Below, piece after piece: positions 12,925 through 24,951 of a stretch of 64,000 bases of DNA. The stretch is from Dendrobates tinctorius (lineage: Eukaryota). The notes beneath the pieces are model-generated. The model did not search any database. It worked only from the letters and a program-made list of their open reading frames with translations, and was not told where the DNA came from. The stretch's first letter is position 1. Each line of letters starts with the position of its first letter. The stretch lies in contig NW_027361875.1 in assembly GCF_039654945.1 (NCBI RefSeq), forward strand, positions 9,052,001 to 9,116,000, read 5' to 3'. The position numbers and the translations under genes were made by a program.

Positions 12925-15110
12925 GCACTCACTAAGGAACCCACTTGGAAAAGTAGCAGCAGTCAAGGTAAATGAGGGCAGCTTTCAGTCCAGGTGAAGA
13001 AATTCAAAAGCAGCTTTATTCCGCCATGAAAATACAATGTTTCCACCTATAACAGCTCTTTATCAATTATACAGGATATCACAAAGGGCTGGCTTATATA
13101 GTGTGGAGACACAGTCTGCACCAATCACCATTGAATCACAGCCCACAGATATTTTGCAGATTATATGCAAAATCACAGAAAAAAATACACATAATCTTTC
13201 TCAGTGGTGTAAGTCATATATATATATATAGTGAGTTCATTAGAAATTAACACCTCAATAGGTCAATATACATATTGTTGATAAAATATTGCAATGCATG
13301 ATCAGCCAATAGAAAGATGGCATCCCTGTCCGCATGGATACCAGAAGCCAATCATCAGAAAAGGGGGGCCCATGTATATGAATAGTCCTATTACAGGAGT
13401 CCAATCAGGATCTCCTATAGGAAATTCGCCAAAATAATGAGCCCGTGTATCAGTCTATCATAGGCTTTCACACAGTGAAATCCTATTGAAGCATAACTGT
13501 CTGCAAACAGCAAGCTCCCTCTCATCTCACCACAGCCGAGCTGCGTGCATGTCACCATCTGACATCATTGTGGAGAGGTCAATTGACTCGTCACGTGACC
13601 AGACACTTCATGATGTACGGCCTTAGTGCGCTCGCGCGTTCAGCGCATAGAAACAAGTCACAGCAAGGGGCGTGATTCCGGCCATATCCATAGCAACGGT
13701 ACCGCCATGCGGAAACTAGGGAGCAACCCCTCTAGGCCACATGATCTCAGCATAGAACGGACAAATAGCTCATCACACACATGGCCACCATAGTTCATAA
13801 AAAAACAATATATTTAAAAATTGAAGGAAGGGGTAGAACCAGACGGTAGGGGGAGAGAAGAGAACAACCAAAAAAGAAATGTCTATAATATGGAACAAAA
13901 TAGCATGTTTATCAAAATATTCCAAAGTACGTCTTCAATCGATCTCACTCCCCATATTCTCTGGCTTTTCCTAACGGTAAGAAGACCCACTAAAAGGAAA
14001 GAAAAATAAGAAAAATTTGTGATTAAAAACAAACCGATGTAAGAAAACACAAAGGAGACTAAGTTAAACAGGTATGTAAATTATATTCAATGTTGAGACC
14101 TGTGGGTTGTAAAGTACCCAGTAGAGAAATCCATCTCAACTCCTCCTTAAGCATTTTCGACCTATCTCCACCTCTCCTCTGTACAGGAACACTGTCAATG
14201 ACTCTGAATCTTAAAGGGAATCGGTCACCCCATTTTTGGCCTATAAGCTGCGGCCACCGCCTTCAGAGGCTTATCTACAACATTCTGTAATGCTGTAGAT
14301 AAGCCTCTGATGTAACCTGAAAGATAAGAAAAACAAGTTAGATTATACTCACCGGGGGGGCGGGGGTGGTGGGTGTCGCGGTCCGGTCCGGCGCCTCGCA
14401 TCTTCTAGAGATGACGTCCTCCTTCTTACTTCTACTGCGGCTCCTGCACAGGCGTACTTTCTCTGCCCTGTTGAGGGCAGAGTAAAGTACTCCAGTGCGC
14501 AGGCGCCAGAAAAGGCCAGAGAGGGCCAGCGCATGCGCACTGCAGTACTTTACTCTGCCCTCAACAGGGCAGATAAAGTACGCCTGCGCAGGAGCCGTGG
14601 CAGAAGTATGGAGGAGGACGTCATCTCTAGAAGATGGGAGGCGCCGGACCAGGCCACGACACCCATCGGACCGGACCCGGGACCGCCCCTGGGTGAGTAT
14701 AATCTAACTAGTTTTTCTTATCTTTCAGGTTACATCGGGGGCATATCTGCAGCATTACAGAATGCTGTAGATAAGCCCCTGACGGCGGTGGCCGCATCTT
14801 ATAGGCCAAAAATGGGGTGACAGATTCCCTTTAATTGATTCACTGAATGTCTATTGTCAAAAAAATGTTTAGGAACTGGTAATTCTGGTAATCCCGTTCT
14901 AATAGTACTTTAGTGCTTACTGATGCGGGCCTTTACCTCCATCGTTGTCTCACCCACATACACCAACCCATAGGGACATACAATCAAATATACAACAAAA
15001 CTGGACATACATATGAATCTTTCTCTCAATGAGAATTTTTTACCCGTGTGAGGGTGATGAAAAGAATCACCCTTCAACATGTTTCTACAACATGCACTCT
15101 AGGCGGCATT
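12925..15110 (-). mobile_element. Penelope-like retroelement 3' remnant (GIY-YIG endonuclease pseudo-ORF plus pLTR), interrupted by a MITE
   Basis: Minus-strand translation of ~15100..14059 with the MITE removed reads ...VVYLIVCPYGLVYVGETTMEVKARISKH*...HFF...QLRFRVID...ELRWISLLGTLQPTGLNIEY. Confidence 0.85.
14215..14830. mobile_element. T2/Kolobok-type palindromic MITE with TTAA TSD
   Basis: TTAA|AGGGAATCGGTCACCCC ... GGGGTGACAGATTCCCT|TTAA; near end-to-end inverted repeat. Confidence 0.9.
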
Positions 15111-15230
15111 TATCTAGTGGTGAGGTACATTAGTTGGAGCACAGAGACAACTTGAATAGAGGATGGCTTTCAATTGTGGATGGCAATTTGGAGTGGTAGT
15201 TAAAGGCAAGGCATATCAGGTGGAATGAAA

Positions 15231-15788
15231 GGCTCTGATCACATGTCCAGTAGTTATTTCCATTTTTCATCCATTTTGTGATTCTAAAAATGGAAATAAA
15301 ATGATCTAGTACAGGACTAATTCATTTGAATGGGATGAGAAGGGACAAGACAGGTCTTCAATTTGCCACTTTTCCAGATATCATCCAGATCAAAAAACGT
15401 AGCGTACAACTTTTTTGTCCAAAAAAAAAAACAATAGGAAAAGGATCGGTTTTTTTTTAACATTGAAGCCTATGTTGAGTGGATCATAATGGATGGTCAT
15501 CTGTTATGTTATTCATTAATTTGTTAATTCTTCCATTTTTTAGCATTGCACATGCCCAGAATACTAGATCTGTCTACAGACTCCTCTATCTAAAATGGAT
15601 CTGCTACAGATGAAAAATAGAAAGCAATGTGTCCACTTTAAAAGGGAACTTTTTGTTTTAAAGACAGATTTGTTCAAAACCCTTAAGTGTTTTATTTTTT
15701 CATCTATTTTTGCTCTGTAACAAATCCCTTTTTTTAATACTTAATCGATTATTACAAACAGACGACAATTGGACATGTGAACAGAGCC
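15231..15788. mobile_element. Old Harbinger-type MITE
   Basis: Termini GGCTCTGATCACATGTCCAGT ... ATTGGACATGTGAACAGAGCC. Confidence 0.65.
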
Positions 15789-15823
15789 AAACAAAAGTAG
15801 ATTCAGATGCAGGTTAAAGCATA

Positions 15824-16032
15824 CAGTGCTGTGCAAATTAATTGGGACACAGCATTTTTTTAAGTAAAATCGTACGTTGGTTACCAGTCAGTGATTCAAA
15901 CCAGTTTTAACTGCTTTGAACAGGTGTGAGTGCCTGTTAAAGGCAGTTAAAACTGATTTGAATCACTGTCTGGTAACCAACGTACGATTTAACTTAAAAA
16001 AATGCTTTGTCCCAATTAATTTCAACAGCACA
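15824..16032. mobile_element. Palindromic Tc1/mariner-type MITE
   Basis: TA|CAGTGCTGTGCAAATTAATTGGGAC start; ~100-bp arms inverted around a short loop near 15925. Confidence 0.75.
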
Positions 16033-17831
16033 TTTCAGCAATTGCTGGCAAACTGGAATGGCACTTATAAAATCGATAAAAAATGCAGAGCTGGAAAAGA
16101 GCATACCAGGGACCGGTGGCTGGCACTGGAGCAGCACTCATTTACTGGCAAGATGTATCACCTAGAGCATAGAAACAGGGGAAACAAAGTCTACTGAATA
16201 GAACAAGTTCAGGGTCAAGCCATGTCAGAGAACCTATCAGAGAAATCAAGGAATTGCAAGAACACCATGGCACTAGAAGAACAGAGCAAGGAATGCTGTA
16301 AAGAATTTGGCTTAATTTTTTGACCCCTTGCAAGACTTTGTCCACATCTGAGCTTTGGATTTCTGCTGCATATCAAATGACATTAAGATGACATTTTATG
16401 GAAGTTTAATCTACACGTTGATAAGAAAACAATATTAATATTAGAAATTAATATTGTTACACAAATAATCACTTCGGTGCCTCTTTAATTATTGTATTTT
16501 ACTTCATATACATTTCTGAACTATATAATGACTTCTTGTGACATTAATTATATATTCTTTACAAGCATTATTCTCATATTTGCTTTATTATAAAATTATT
16601 GAATAGAGTAAATATTTTATGTTGCATGTTCTCTATTTTGTGTTACTTTTTGAGGGCCATTAAAATGCAACCATACATAAAATACATTCGTCATTGTCTT
16701 CCTATGAGAGTAATATAGGAGAATGCAGATGTATTCCTTTCTGTGAATTTGCTTTGTTTGATATATTGAAGGCAGTCTCGGTCTCCAGACTTGTTGAAGT
16801 TCTGTATCCGGGGGAACAGATAAATAGACCTCCAGGTGTCAATTTTAAGACAAAGGGAGTTTGTGTCTCATATGCCCTAAGCCTGCACCGAACAGAGGAA
16901 AATCGGCAACAGTATCAGAAAAGGTTTCAAAGAAAACAGTTACTATTCAGCTGCCCCAAAGATATTTGTTCTCAATAAGTTTAGCTGGACTATGTGGGAA
17001 TGGCACACCTACCAATCTATAACTTATACAGATCCTTAAAATTTTGTAGATCAAAAATCTATAATTACATGCCGCAATAAAAAAAGCAAAGAAACAAGCA
17101 AAAAGATAAAAAAAATAGGAAATCATTGCTATTAAGTCACCTCTAGTCTTTTCTGTACACCTCCATGTTACTAGTATAAGTTTGCTATGGATCCAAATAT
17201 TGGTTTTATTATGTTTCTCCCATTCTTTCTCCCAAAACTTTCCTTAAAAGTTCACCAATTCCCAATGCCCACCCAAATACCTCATTTTTTTTGCTTCAGT
17301 CAAAACATTTATTTATAAAATTAATTTAGAATGCCTTGACAAAGAAATTCTTTGATGTATAAAGCCTAATATGCTTTGCTAGGACCTTGGCAACAGAGTG
17401 CATGTGTAGGGCTAAATTAACCACAAGTATACTCCGCCAGCTGCGGCAAATGTAACAAACCCCCATAAATTAAAAATGTTGTCTAATCTTTGCTAATGAG
17501 TGCACCAGTCCTATGCCAACTGGACTACTGCTTGTCGGGTAGCTGGTGTGATCCTGATGATTGACAGTTTAGACCAGCAGCATGGCCGTTCTGCTAGTCT
17601 GAACTATATGCTCTCCCATGCTGCAAGTAAAGTCAGCTTTGTGGCTGCAGCATTGGAAGAGAGTAGGGACACTGAAGCTGGCTGGATCCAGTGATCTGGC
17701 CAGCTTCGGAGATGGCTTTCAAATTGTATAGCAAATAGCTTGCAAATGCACATTTCTTACCTAGGAAATTGACCACCACTGATAGACTACGGAGGTGGAC
17801 AGTAACCTAGACAATGAGCAGTAAGCAAAAA

Positions 17832-20638
17832 TATTATTATTATTTATTGTTATAGCGCCATTTATTCCATGGCGCTTTACATGTAAGGAGGGGTATACAT
17901 AATAAAAACAAGTACAATAATGTTAAACAATACAAGTCATAACTGGTACAGGAGGAGAGAGGACCCTGCCCGCGAAGGCTCACAATCTACAAGGGATGGG
18001 TGAGAATACAGTAGGCGAGGGTAGAGCTGGTCATGCAGCGGTTTGGTCGATCAGTGGTTACTGCAGGTTATAGGCTTGTCGGAAGAGGTGGGTCTTCAGG
18101 CTCTTTTTGAAGGTTTCGTTGGTAGGTGAGAGTCTGATATGTTGTGGTAGAGAGTTCCAGAGTAGGGGTGATGCGCGAGAGAAATCTTGTATGCGATTGT
18201 GGGAAGAGGAGATAAGAGGGGAGTAGAGAAGGAGATCTTGTGAGGATCGGAGGTTGCATGCAGGAAAGTACCGGGAGACGAGGTCACAGATGTATGGAGG
18301 AGCCAGGTTGTGGATGGCTTTGTATGTCATGGTTAGGGTTTTGTACTGGAGTCTCTGAGCAATGGGGAGCCAGTGAAGGGATTGACAGAGGGGAGAAGCT
18401 GGGGATTAGCGGGGGGACAGGTGGATTAGTCGGGCAGCAGAGTTTAGAATAGATTGGAGGGGTACGAGAGTGTTCGAGGGGAGGCCACTGAGCAGGAGGT
18501 TGCAGTAGTCAAGGCGAGAGATGATGAGGCAAGGACTAGGGTTTTTGCAGATTTTTGGTTGAGGAATGAACGGATTCATGAAATATTTTTGAATTGAAGT
18601 CGGCAGGAAGTGGAAAGGGCTTGGATATGTGGTTGAAGGAGAAATCAGCATCAAGGATTACCCCGAGGCAGCGAGCTTGTGGGACTGGGGAGAGTGGGCA
18701 GCCATTTACTGTAATGGATAGGTTCGTTGGGGGGGTCACGTGAGACGGGGGAAAGATGATGAATTCTGTTTTGTCCATGTTAAGTTTCAGAAATCTAGCA
18801 GAGAAGAAGGATGAAATAGTGGACAGACATTGGGGGATTCTGGTTAGTAGGGAGGTGATATCTGGTCCAGAGATGTAGATCTGTGTGTCATCAGCATAGA
18901 GATGATACTGAAAGCCATGAGATTCTATGAGCTGTCCCACGCCAAAGGTGTAAATGGAGAAGAGCAGGGGTCCTAGGACTGAACCTTGTGGGACTCCGAC
19001 AGATAGGGGGCGAGGTGAGGAGGTGGTGTGTGAGTGGGAGACGCGGAATGTCCGGTCTGTTATGTATGATGAGATCCAGGATAGGGCCAAGTCTGTGATG
19101 CCAAGGGATGAGAGGGTCTGTAATAATAGGGAATGGTCCACTGTGTCAAAGGCAGCCGACAGGTCCAGGAGGAGGAGGACAGAGTAGTGTCGCTTGCTCT
19201 TGGCGGTTAAGAGGTCATTGGTGACCTTAGTAAGGGCAGTTTCAGTGGAGTGGTGTGACCTGAAGCCAGATTGTAAGCGGTCGAAGAGGGAGCAAGAAGA
19301 GAGATGTGAGGACAGTTCAAGGTAGACGTGTTGTTCCAGTAGCTTGGAGGCATAGGGGAGAAGTGATATAGAGCGATAGCTAGATACAGAGGATGGGTCA
19401 AGAGAGGGCTTTTTGAGGATAGGTGTGATGGAGGCATGTTTAAAGCTTGAGGGGAAAACACCAGTTGTTAGTGATAGGTTGAAGAGATGGGTTAGGGTTG
19501 GGATGAAGACTGTGGTGAGGTTTGGGATGAAGTGGGATGGGATCGGGTCAAGTGCACAGGTGGTGAGATGTGATCTTGAGAGTAGAGTGGAGAGTCGATC
19601 TTCTGTAATGGTGGAGAAGTTGGTTTTGGAGGTGGAGGGCTGGGAAGTCAGGAGGAAGGGCTCTGGGGGTTGTTGACCAAAACTGTCTCTGATGTTATCA
19701 ATCTTCTGCTTGAAAAATGAGGCAAAGTCTTCAGCTGAGATGAGTGGGGAGGGAGGAGGTGCTGGGGGACAGAGGAGAGAATTGATGGTGTTGAATAACT
19801 GTTTAGGGTTGTGAGACAGGGAGGATATGAGAGATGAGAAGTAGGTTTGTTTAGCTGTGGCGAGTGTGGTCTTGAAAGTAGTGAGGGACTGTTTGAATGC
19901 GATGAAGTGCTCGTTGGAGTGGGATCTTTTCCATCTGCGCTCAGCAGCCCTGGAAGCTCGCCTCAGTTCTTTGGTCAGGTTGGTGTGCCAGGGCTGTCTG
20001 TTGATTTTGCGAGCTTTGGTATGTGTAAGTGGGGCAGCAGATTCCAAAGCTACAGCTATTGTGGTGTTATATAGAGCAGCAGCGTCATCCACATTGTGTA
20101 AGGAATTTATATCTGTGAGAGGGAGGAGGGATTCAGAGAATGAGTGTAGGTCAAGGTGTTTAAGATTTCTGCGAGGGTGTGAAAGTTTGTGGGGTGGGGA
20201 TTGTAGACATGGAGTGGAGAGGGAAGAGAATGTGAGAAGGTTGTGGTCAGAGAGAGGAAGAGGTGAGTTAGAGAGGTTAGATAGGGAGCAGAGGCGGGTG
20301 AAGATGAGGTCCAGTCTGTGGCCATCTTTGTGGGTGGCTGTAGAAGACCATTGAGTGAGGCCGAAGGAGGAAGTGAGAGATAGAAGTTTAGTGGCAGCTG
20401 AGAGGGAAGTGTCAGTGGGGATGTTGAAGTCACCCATGATGATAGTAGGGATGTCCGCGGAAAGGAAATGAAGTAGCCAGGTGGTGAAGTGGTCAAAGAA
20501 GGTGGTGGCTGGCCCTGGGGGGCGGTAGATGACAGCCAGTTGGAGGTTGGAGGGGGAGTAGATGCGCACAGAGTGCACCTCAAAGGAAGGGAGGGTAACA
20601 GAGGGTGGCAGTGGGATTGGGGTGAAGGAGCAGGTATC
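17832..20638 (-). mobile_element. L2-clade LINE, 5'-truncated
   Basis: ORF 18536..20578 covers the APE endonuclease C-part (GDFN, SDH) and RT ([12 protein letters not shown]). Downstream frames give ISRLDYCN and FKKSLKTHLF. Ends in a GGCGCTATAACAATAAATAATAAT tail. Confidence 0.95.
18058..20620 (-). pseudogene. L2 ORF2 (endonuclease-reverse transcriptase), frameshifted near the C-terminus
   Basis: 680-aa open frame continued in ORFs 18406..18654 and 18058..18330. Confidence 0.9.
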
Positions 20639-21880
20639 TAAAATATAAACAATCGGTTCAATCTTCAGACTAGAGAGGATTTTTTCATAAGAGGTATATT
20701 GTAAAGTTGCTCTTTTTCACAAACACTTTATAATTTTGCCCATTTCAAAAGTTGAGACAACTCCTTTAACCCCCTAAGGTATTTTCGCTTTTGCGCTTTC
20801 GTTTTTTGCTCGGCTTCTTCCCAGAGCCATAACTTTTTTTATTTTTCCCTCAATATGGCCATGTGAGGGCTTGTTTTTTGCGGGACGAGTTGTACTTTTG
20901 AACGACTCCATTGGTTTTACCATGTCGTGTACTGGAAAATGGGAAAAAAATCCAAGTGCGGTGAAATTGCAAAAAAATGTGCAATCTTACGGTTGTTTTT
21001 TGTTTTGCTTTTTTACTACAGTATGTTCACTAAATGCTAAAACTGACCTGCCATTATGATTCACCAGGTCATTATGAGTTTATAGACACCAAATATGTAT
21101 AGGTTCTTTTCTATCTATGTAGTGAAAAAAAAATTCCAAACTTTGTTAGAAAAAAAAATTGCACCATAGCATATTCATTTTTCATGATCATGGGTTGGGT
21201 GAGGGCTTATTTTTTGCGTGCCAAGCTGACATTTTTAAAGATACCATTTTGGTGGAGATTAGAGTTGAGCGACTTTTGGTTTTTTAGGGTCGCATTTCGT
21301 TTCGTGAAACCCGACTTTTCCAAAAGTCGGGTCGAGCAAGATCGTCCGATTATAGGGAAAAGTCGGGGTCGTCCCGAAACACGAAACCCAATGTAAGTCA
21401 ATGGGGAATAAAAGTCGGCAGTGAGAGGAGGACAGGAAACACACCTACAGTGCCCATTTGAATGCCAAAAGCATCAATTCTTCTTACTTAAGCTTGTCAA
21501 CCTTAATTAACTTCATAATACAAGTTACGCACTGAAAAATGGGGGTTATTTGGCTAAAGTTGTGGGGGGGTAGGGCTGGCTCCAGGTTTTCATGTGCCCT
21601 GGGCGAAAGAGCGCCCCTTTAACACATACCACAACTCATCATGCTCCGATACGGCAGAGAAATAGCGGTATAGTACAATGAAAAATACTTCACTTTTTAC
21701 ATCTCATGACGAGGCCCATCTATTTCTCCATACAGAATCATTGGTCCCATATAATGTTTGAAACAATATATGATGAGCTCCACATAATGCTACAGTATAT
21801 GTTGGTCCCCATGGATGAAGCTCCACTGTCTTATGGGCCCAAATAATGCTCCAAACATAATGGGCCCCATTTCTAATGCT

Positions 21881-22552
21881 CTAGTGTATAATGGGCCCTG
21901 TAAATGCTGCTCCAGTGTCTGATGTCCACCTTTGGAATGTTCCAGTGTATGGTGGGCACCATCTATCATTCTCCAGAGTATAGTGCTCCCCAAAAATTGC
22001 TGTCCCAACATTGAAAACAATCAAATAAGTCTCCTCGCTAGGGAATCCCTGTACTTGTCTGGACTCCTCGTCGTCCCCATCTTCCATCTCACTGCACAGT
22101 ATTTCAACTTTGCAAGTGCTGTGATCCTGAGCAAGCAGGGGGGGGGCCCACTCGTTGGCGACGGCACTGGCACAGGGCCCCTGATAGTACGGTGGTGTGT
22201 CTGATGGCGGGTGGGCCGAACCTGCACTTTCATCTGCAGCTTCCTCTTTGTCACCGTGTAAGATGGAACTGTATATGGGAAGGGTAACCTGAGTTTCATC
22301 AGGGTCAGATTCAGGCCGTGTAGCGTGCAAGGGGAATGTAGTGGTCTGGGTCAATTTACCAGCAGATTCATCGAGCAGTGGCTGGGCATCAGTGCACTTG
22401 TGTCGCCCCCAGGAGTACGGTCGCCACAGTGGCATTACCTTCTTCCTAGGGAGTGTGATGTCATGCTTAGGAGCAACGAACGATCTCTCTAGCAGGTTAA
22501 CTGATTGGGCGGCGTTATTCCCACGAGTCATGACCCTCCAAACAGCGTTCAT
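21881..22552 (-). CDS. Hypothetical 223-aa chimeric ORF inside the hAT element (contains a duplicated transposase N-terminal segment)
   Basis: ATG-initiated ORF. CTDAQPLLDESAGKLTQTTT...DPDETQVTLP...HGDKEE matches transposase CTDAQPLMDDSAGTFTQSTT...DPDETQVPLP...HGDTEE. Expression unknown. Confidence 0.3.
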   Translation of the reverse strand: MNAVWRVMTRGNNAAQSVNLLERSFVAPKHDITLPRKKVMPLWRPYSWGRHKCTDAQPLLDESAGKLTQTTTFPLHATRPESDPDETQVTLPIYSSILHGDKEEAADESAGSAHPPSDTPPYYQGPCASAVANEWAPPLLAQDHSTCKVEILCSEMEDGDDEESRQVQGFPSEETYLIVFNVGTAIFGEHYTLENDRWCPPYTGTFQRWTSDTGAAFTGPIIH

Positions 22553-22979
22553 GAAGGCAAAGTGTTTGTTTTACGTGGGCAGTATGGTTGCAAAGCTGAA
22601 CCTTAAAGGAATGTCAAGAAGGGCACCACCAGGAGTGGAGCCTACGGTTAAATTCGACTCCACCTGGGAAACCTCAACCATGCCAGCTACAGAACAGATG
22701 CACACATTGCAAGCTTAATTCCGTTAACGAACGAGACTCCGTCATGCCCCGCGGTCCGAATCCGGCTTACTAGAGGGACACGTGAGGCTCTGGCACATGA
22801 GATTGGCCAATAACTGGTGTGTCATGCCATTACATGTCCGTGGCTGCATGTGCGCTACACTGAAAAGGCCAGCGTTTGTCGCTTACAGGTGCAGATAACC
22901 CGCTGAACAACGTTAGTGATGGGGATCACTGATGACAATTATTACCCGCGAACAATGATTTCCCAGTAAGTGCAGGTCA
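22479..22979 (+). pseudogene. Diverged 18S rRNA-derived segment (central to 3'-major domain) with internal deletions
   Basis: Colinear near-matches to universal SSU motifs: GGCGGCGTTATTCCCA, AGTATGGTTGCAAAGCTGAA.CTTAAAGGAAT, GAAGGGCACCACCAGGAGTGGAGCCT, TTAATTCCG.TAACGAACGAGACTC, TAGAGGGAC, GCGCTACACTGA, GTGATGGGGATC, TTCCCAGTAAGTGC.GGTCA. Confidence 0.9.
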
Positions 22980-23090
22980 ACCGCAGTTCCGGAATTAGGC
23001 CTAACCGTCATTCCTGAAAAAATGAAAAACTTACGTGTGCAAACCACAGGTGCTGTAGCTTGCTTAACAGCTCGCCAGCCGTTCTCACGC

Positions 23091-24531
23091 CCAGTATGGA
23101 TTGCACGTGAGTGCACAAAGGTTAGAAAGGGTACCGTATCCCCGGATAACATGTATGGATAGCGTACACATTCAAAATATATGTCTGTACATCAGGAGGC
23201 AGGCTCAGACGGTGTTGGGCCCAGTATGGATTGCACGTGATTGCACAAAGGTTAGAAAGGGTACCGTATCCCCAAATAACATGTATGGATAGCGTACACA
23301 TTCAAAATATATGTCTGTAAATCAGGAGGCAGGCTCAGACGGTGTTAGGCCCAGTATGGATTGCACGTGATTGCACAAAGGTTAGAAAGGGTACCATATC
23401 CCCGGATAACATGTATGGATAGCGTACACATTCAAAATATATGTCTGTACATCAGGAGGCAGGCTCAGACGGTGTTGGGCCCAGTATGGATTTCACGTGA
23501 TTGCACAAAGGTTAGAAAGGGTACCATATCCCCAGATAACATGTATGGATAGCGTACACATTCAAAATATATGTCTGTAAATCAGGAGGCAGGCTCAGAC
23601 GGTGTTAGGCCCAGTATGGATTGCACGTGATTGCACAAAGGTTAGAAAGGGTACCGTATCCCCGGATAACATGTATGGATAGCGTACACATTCAAAATAT
23701 ATGTCTATACATCAGGAGGCAGGCTCAGACGGTGTTAGGCCCAGTATGGATTGCACGTGATTGCACAAAGGTTAGAAAGGGTACCGTATCCCCGGATAAC
23801 ATGTATGGATAGCGTACACATTCAAAATATATGTCTGTACATCAGGAGGCAGGCTCAGACGGTGTTAGGCCCAGTATGGATTGCACGTGATTGCACAAAG
23901 GTTAGAAAGGGTACCGTATCCCCGGATAACATGTATGGATAGCGTACACATTCAAAATATATGTCTTTACATCAGGAGGCAGGCTCATACGGTGTTAGGC
24001 CCAGTATGGATTGCACGTGATTGCACAAAGGTTAGAAAGGGTACCGTATCCCCGGATAACATGTATGGATAGCGTACACATTCAAAATATATGTCTATAC
24101 ATCAGGAGGCAGGCTCAGACGGTGTTAGGCCCAGTATGGATTGCACGTGATTGCACAAAGGTTAGAAAGGGTACCGTATCCCCGGATAACATGTATGGAT
24201 AGCGTACACATTCAAAATATATGTCTATACATCAGGAGGCAGGCTCAGACGGTGTTAGGCCCAGTATGGATTGCACGTGATTGCACAAAGGTTAGAAAGG
24301 GTACCGTATCCCCGGATAACATGTATGGATAGCGTACACATTCAAAATATATGTCTGTACATCAGGAGGCAGGCTCAGATGGTGACAGGCACAGTATGGA
24401 TTGCACGTGATTGCACAAAGGTTAGAAAGGGTACCGTATCCCCGGATAACATGTATGGATAGCGTACACATTCAAAATATATGTCTGTACATCAGGAGGC
24501 AGGCTCAGACGGTGTCAGGCACAGTATGGAT
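23091..24531. repeat. 130-bp tandem array, 11 near-identical units
   Basis: Units start every 130 bp from 23091 (CCAGTATGGATTGCACGTGATTGCACAAAGG...) to 24391, with only a few substitutions per unit. Confidence 0.98.
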
Positions 24532-24951
24532 TTGACGGCCCAGATTACACAGCGGAGGAGCAGGGAGAGGTAAAGATTGCAAATGCTGGGGCCCTGCCCA
24601 AGCAAGGGGGGCCCACTCGTGGGCGTCGGTACTGGCACTGGGCCCCTCATAGTACGGCGGTGTGTCTGATGGCGGGTGTGCACCACCACCGTCAGAGACA
24701 CTTGATTGCACTATGAGGGACCCTGTGCCAGTGCCCGCACCCAAGAGTCGGCCTACCCACCTGTCCAGGGCAACGGCACTCGCACGGTGTCGTGCGCTAG
24801 GTGGTGACCCCGGCCATGGGGGGGGAGGCAGCACAGTTAGGGAGTTTTAGAAAGTGGCATATGTTGATGTTGGACATTCAGCTGATGCAAAAGGCGAAAT
24901 AGGTGAAGTCCCAGGAAGAGGTGGACCAAAGCAAGCCATTTTTCTGTCACC

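Noticed and set aside
22479-22979. Functional 18S rRNA gene or rDNA unit
   Set aside because: Only ~500 bp, universal positions are mutated, helices are deleted, and no ITS/5.8S/28S lies nearby.
23091-24531. CRISPR-like array or repeated 63-aa genes
   Set aside because: Units are near-identical over their whole length with no variable spacers, no cas genes are present, and the repeated ORFs are artefacts of the 130-bp period.
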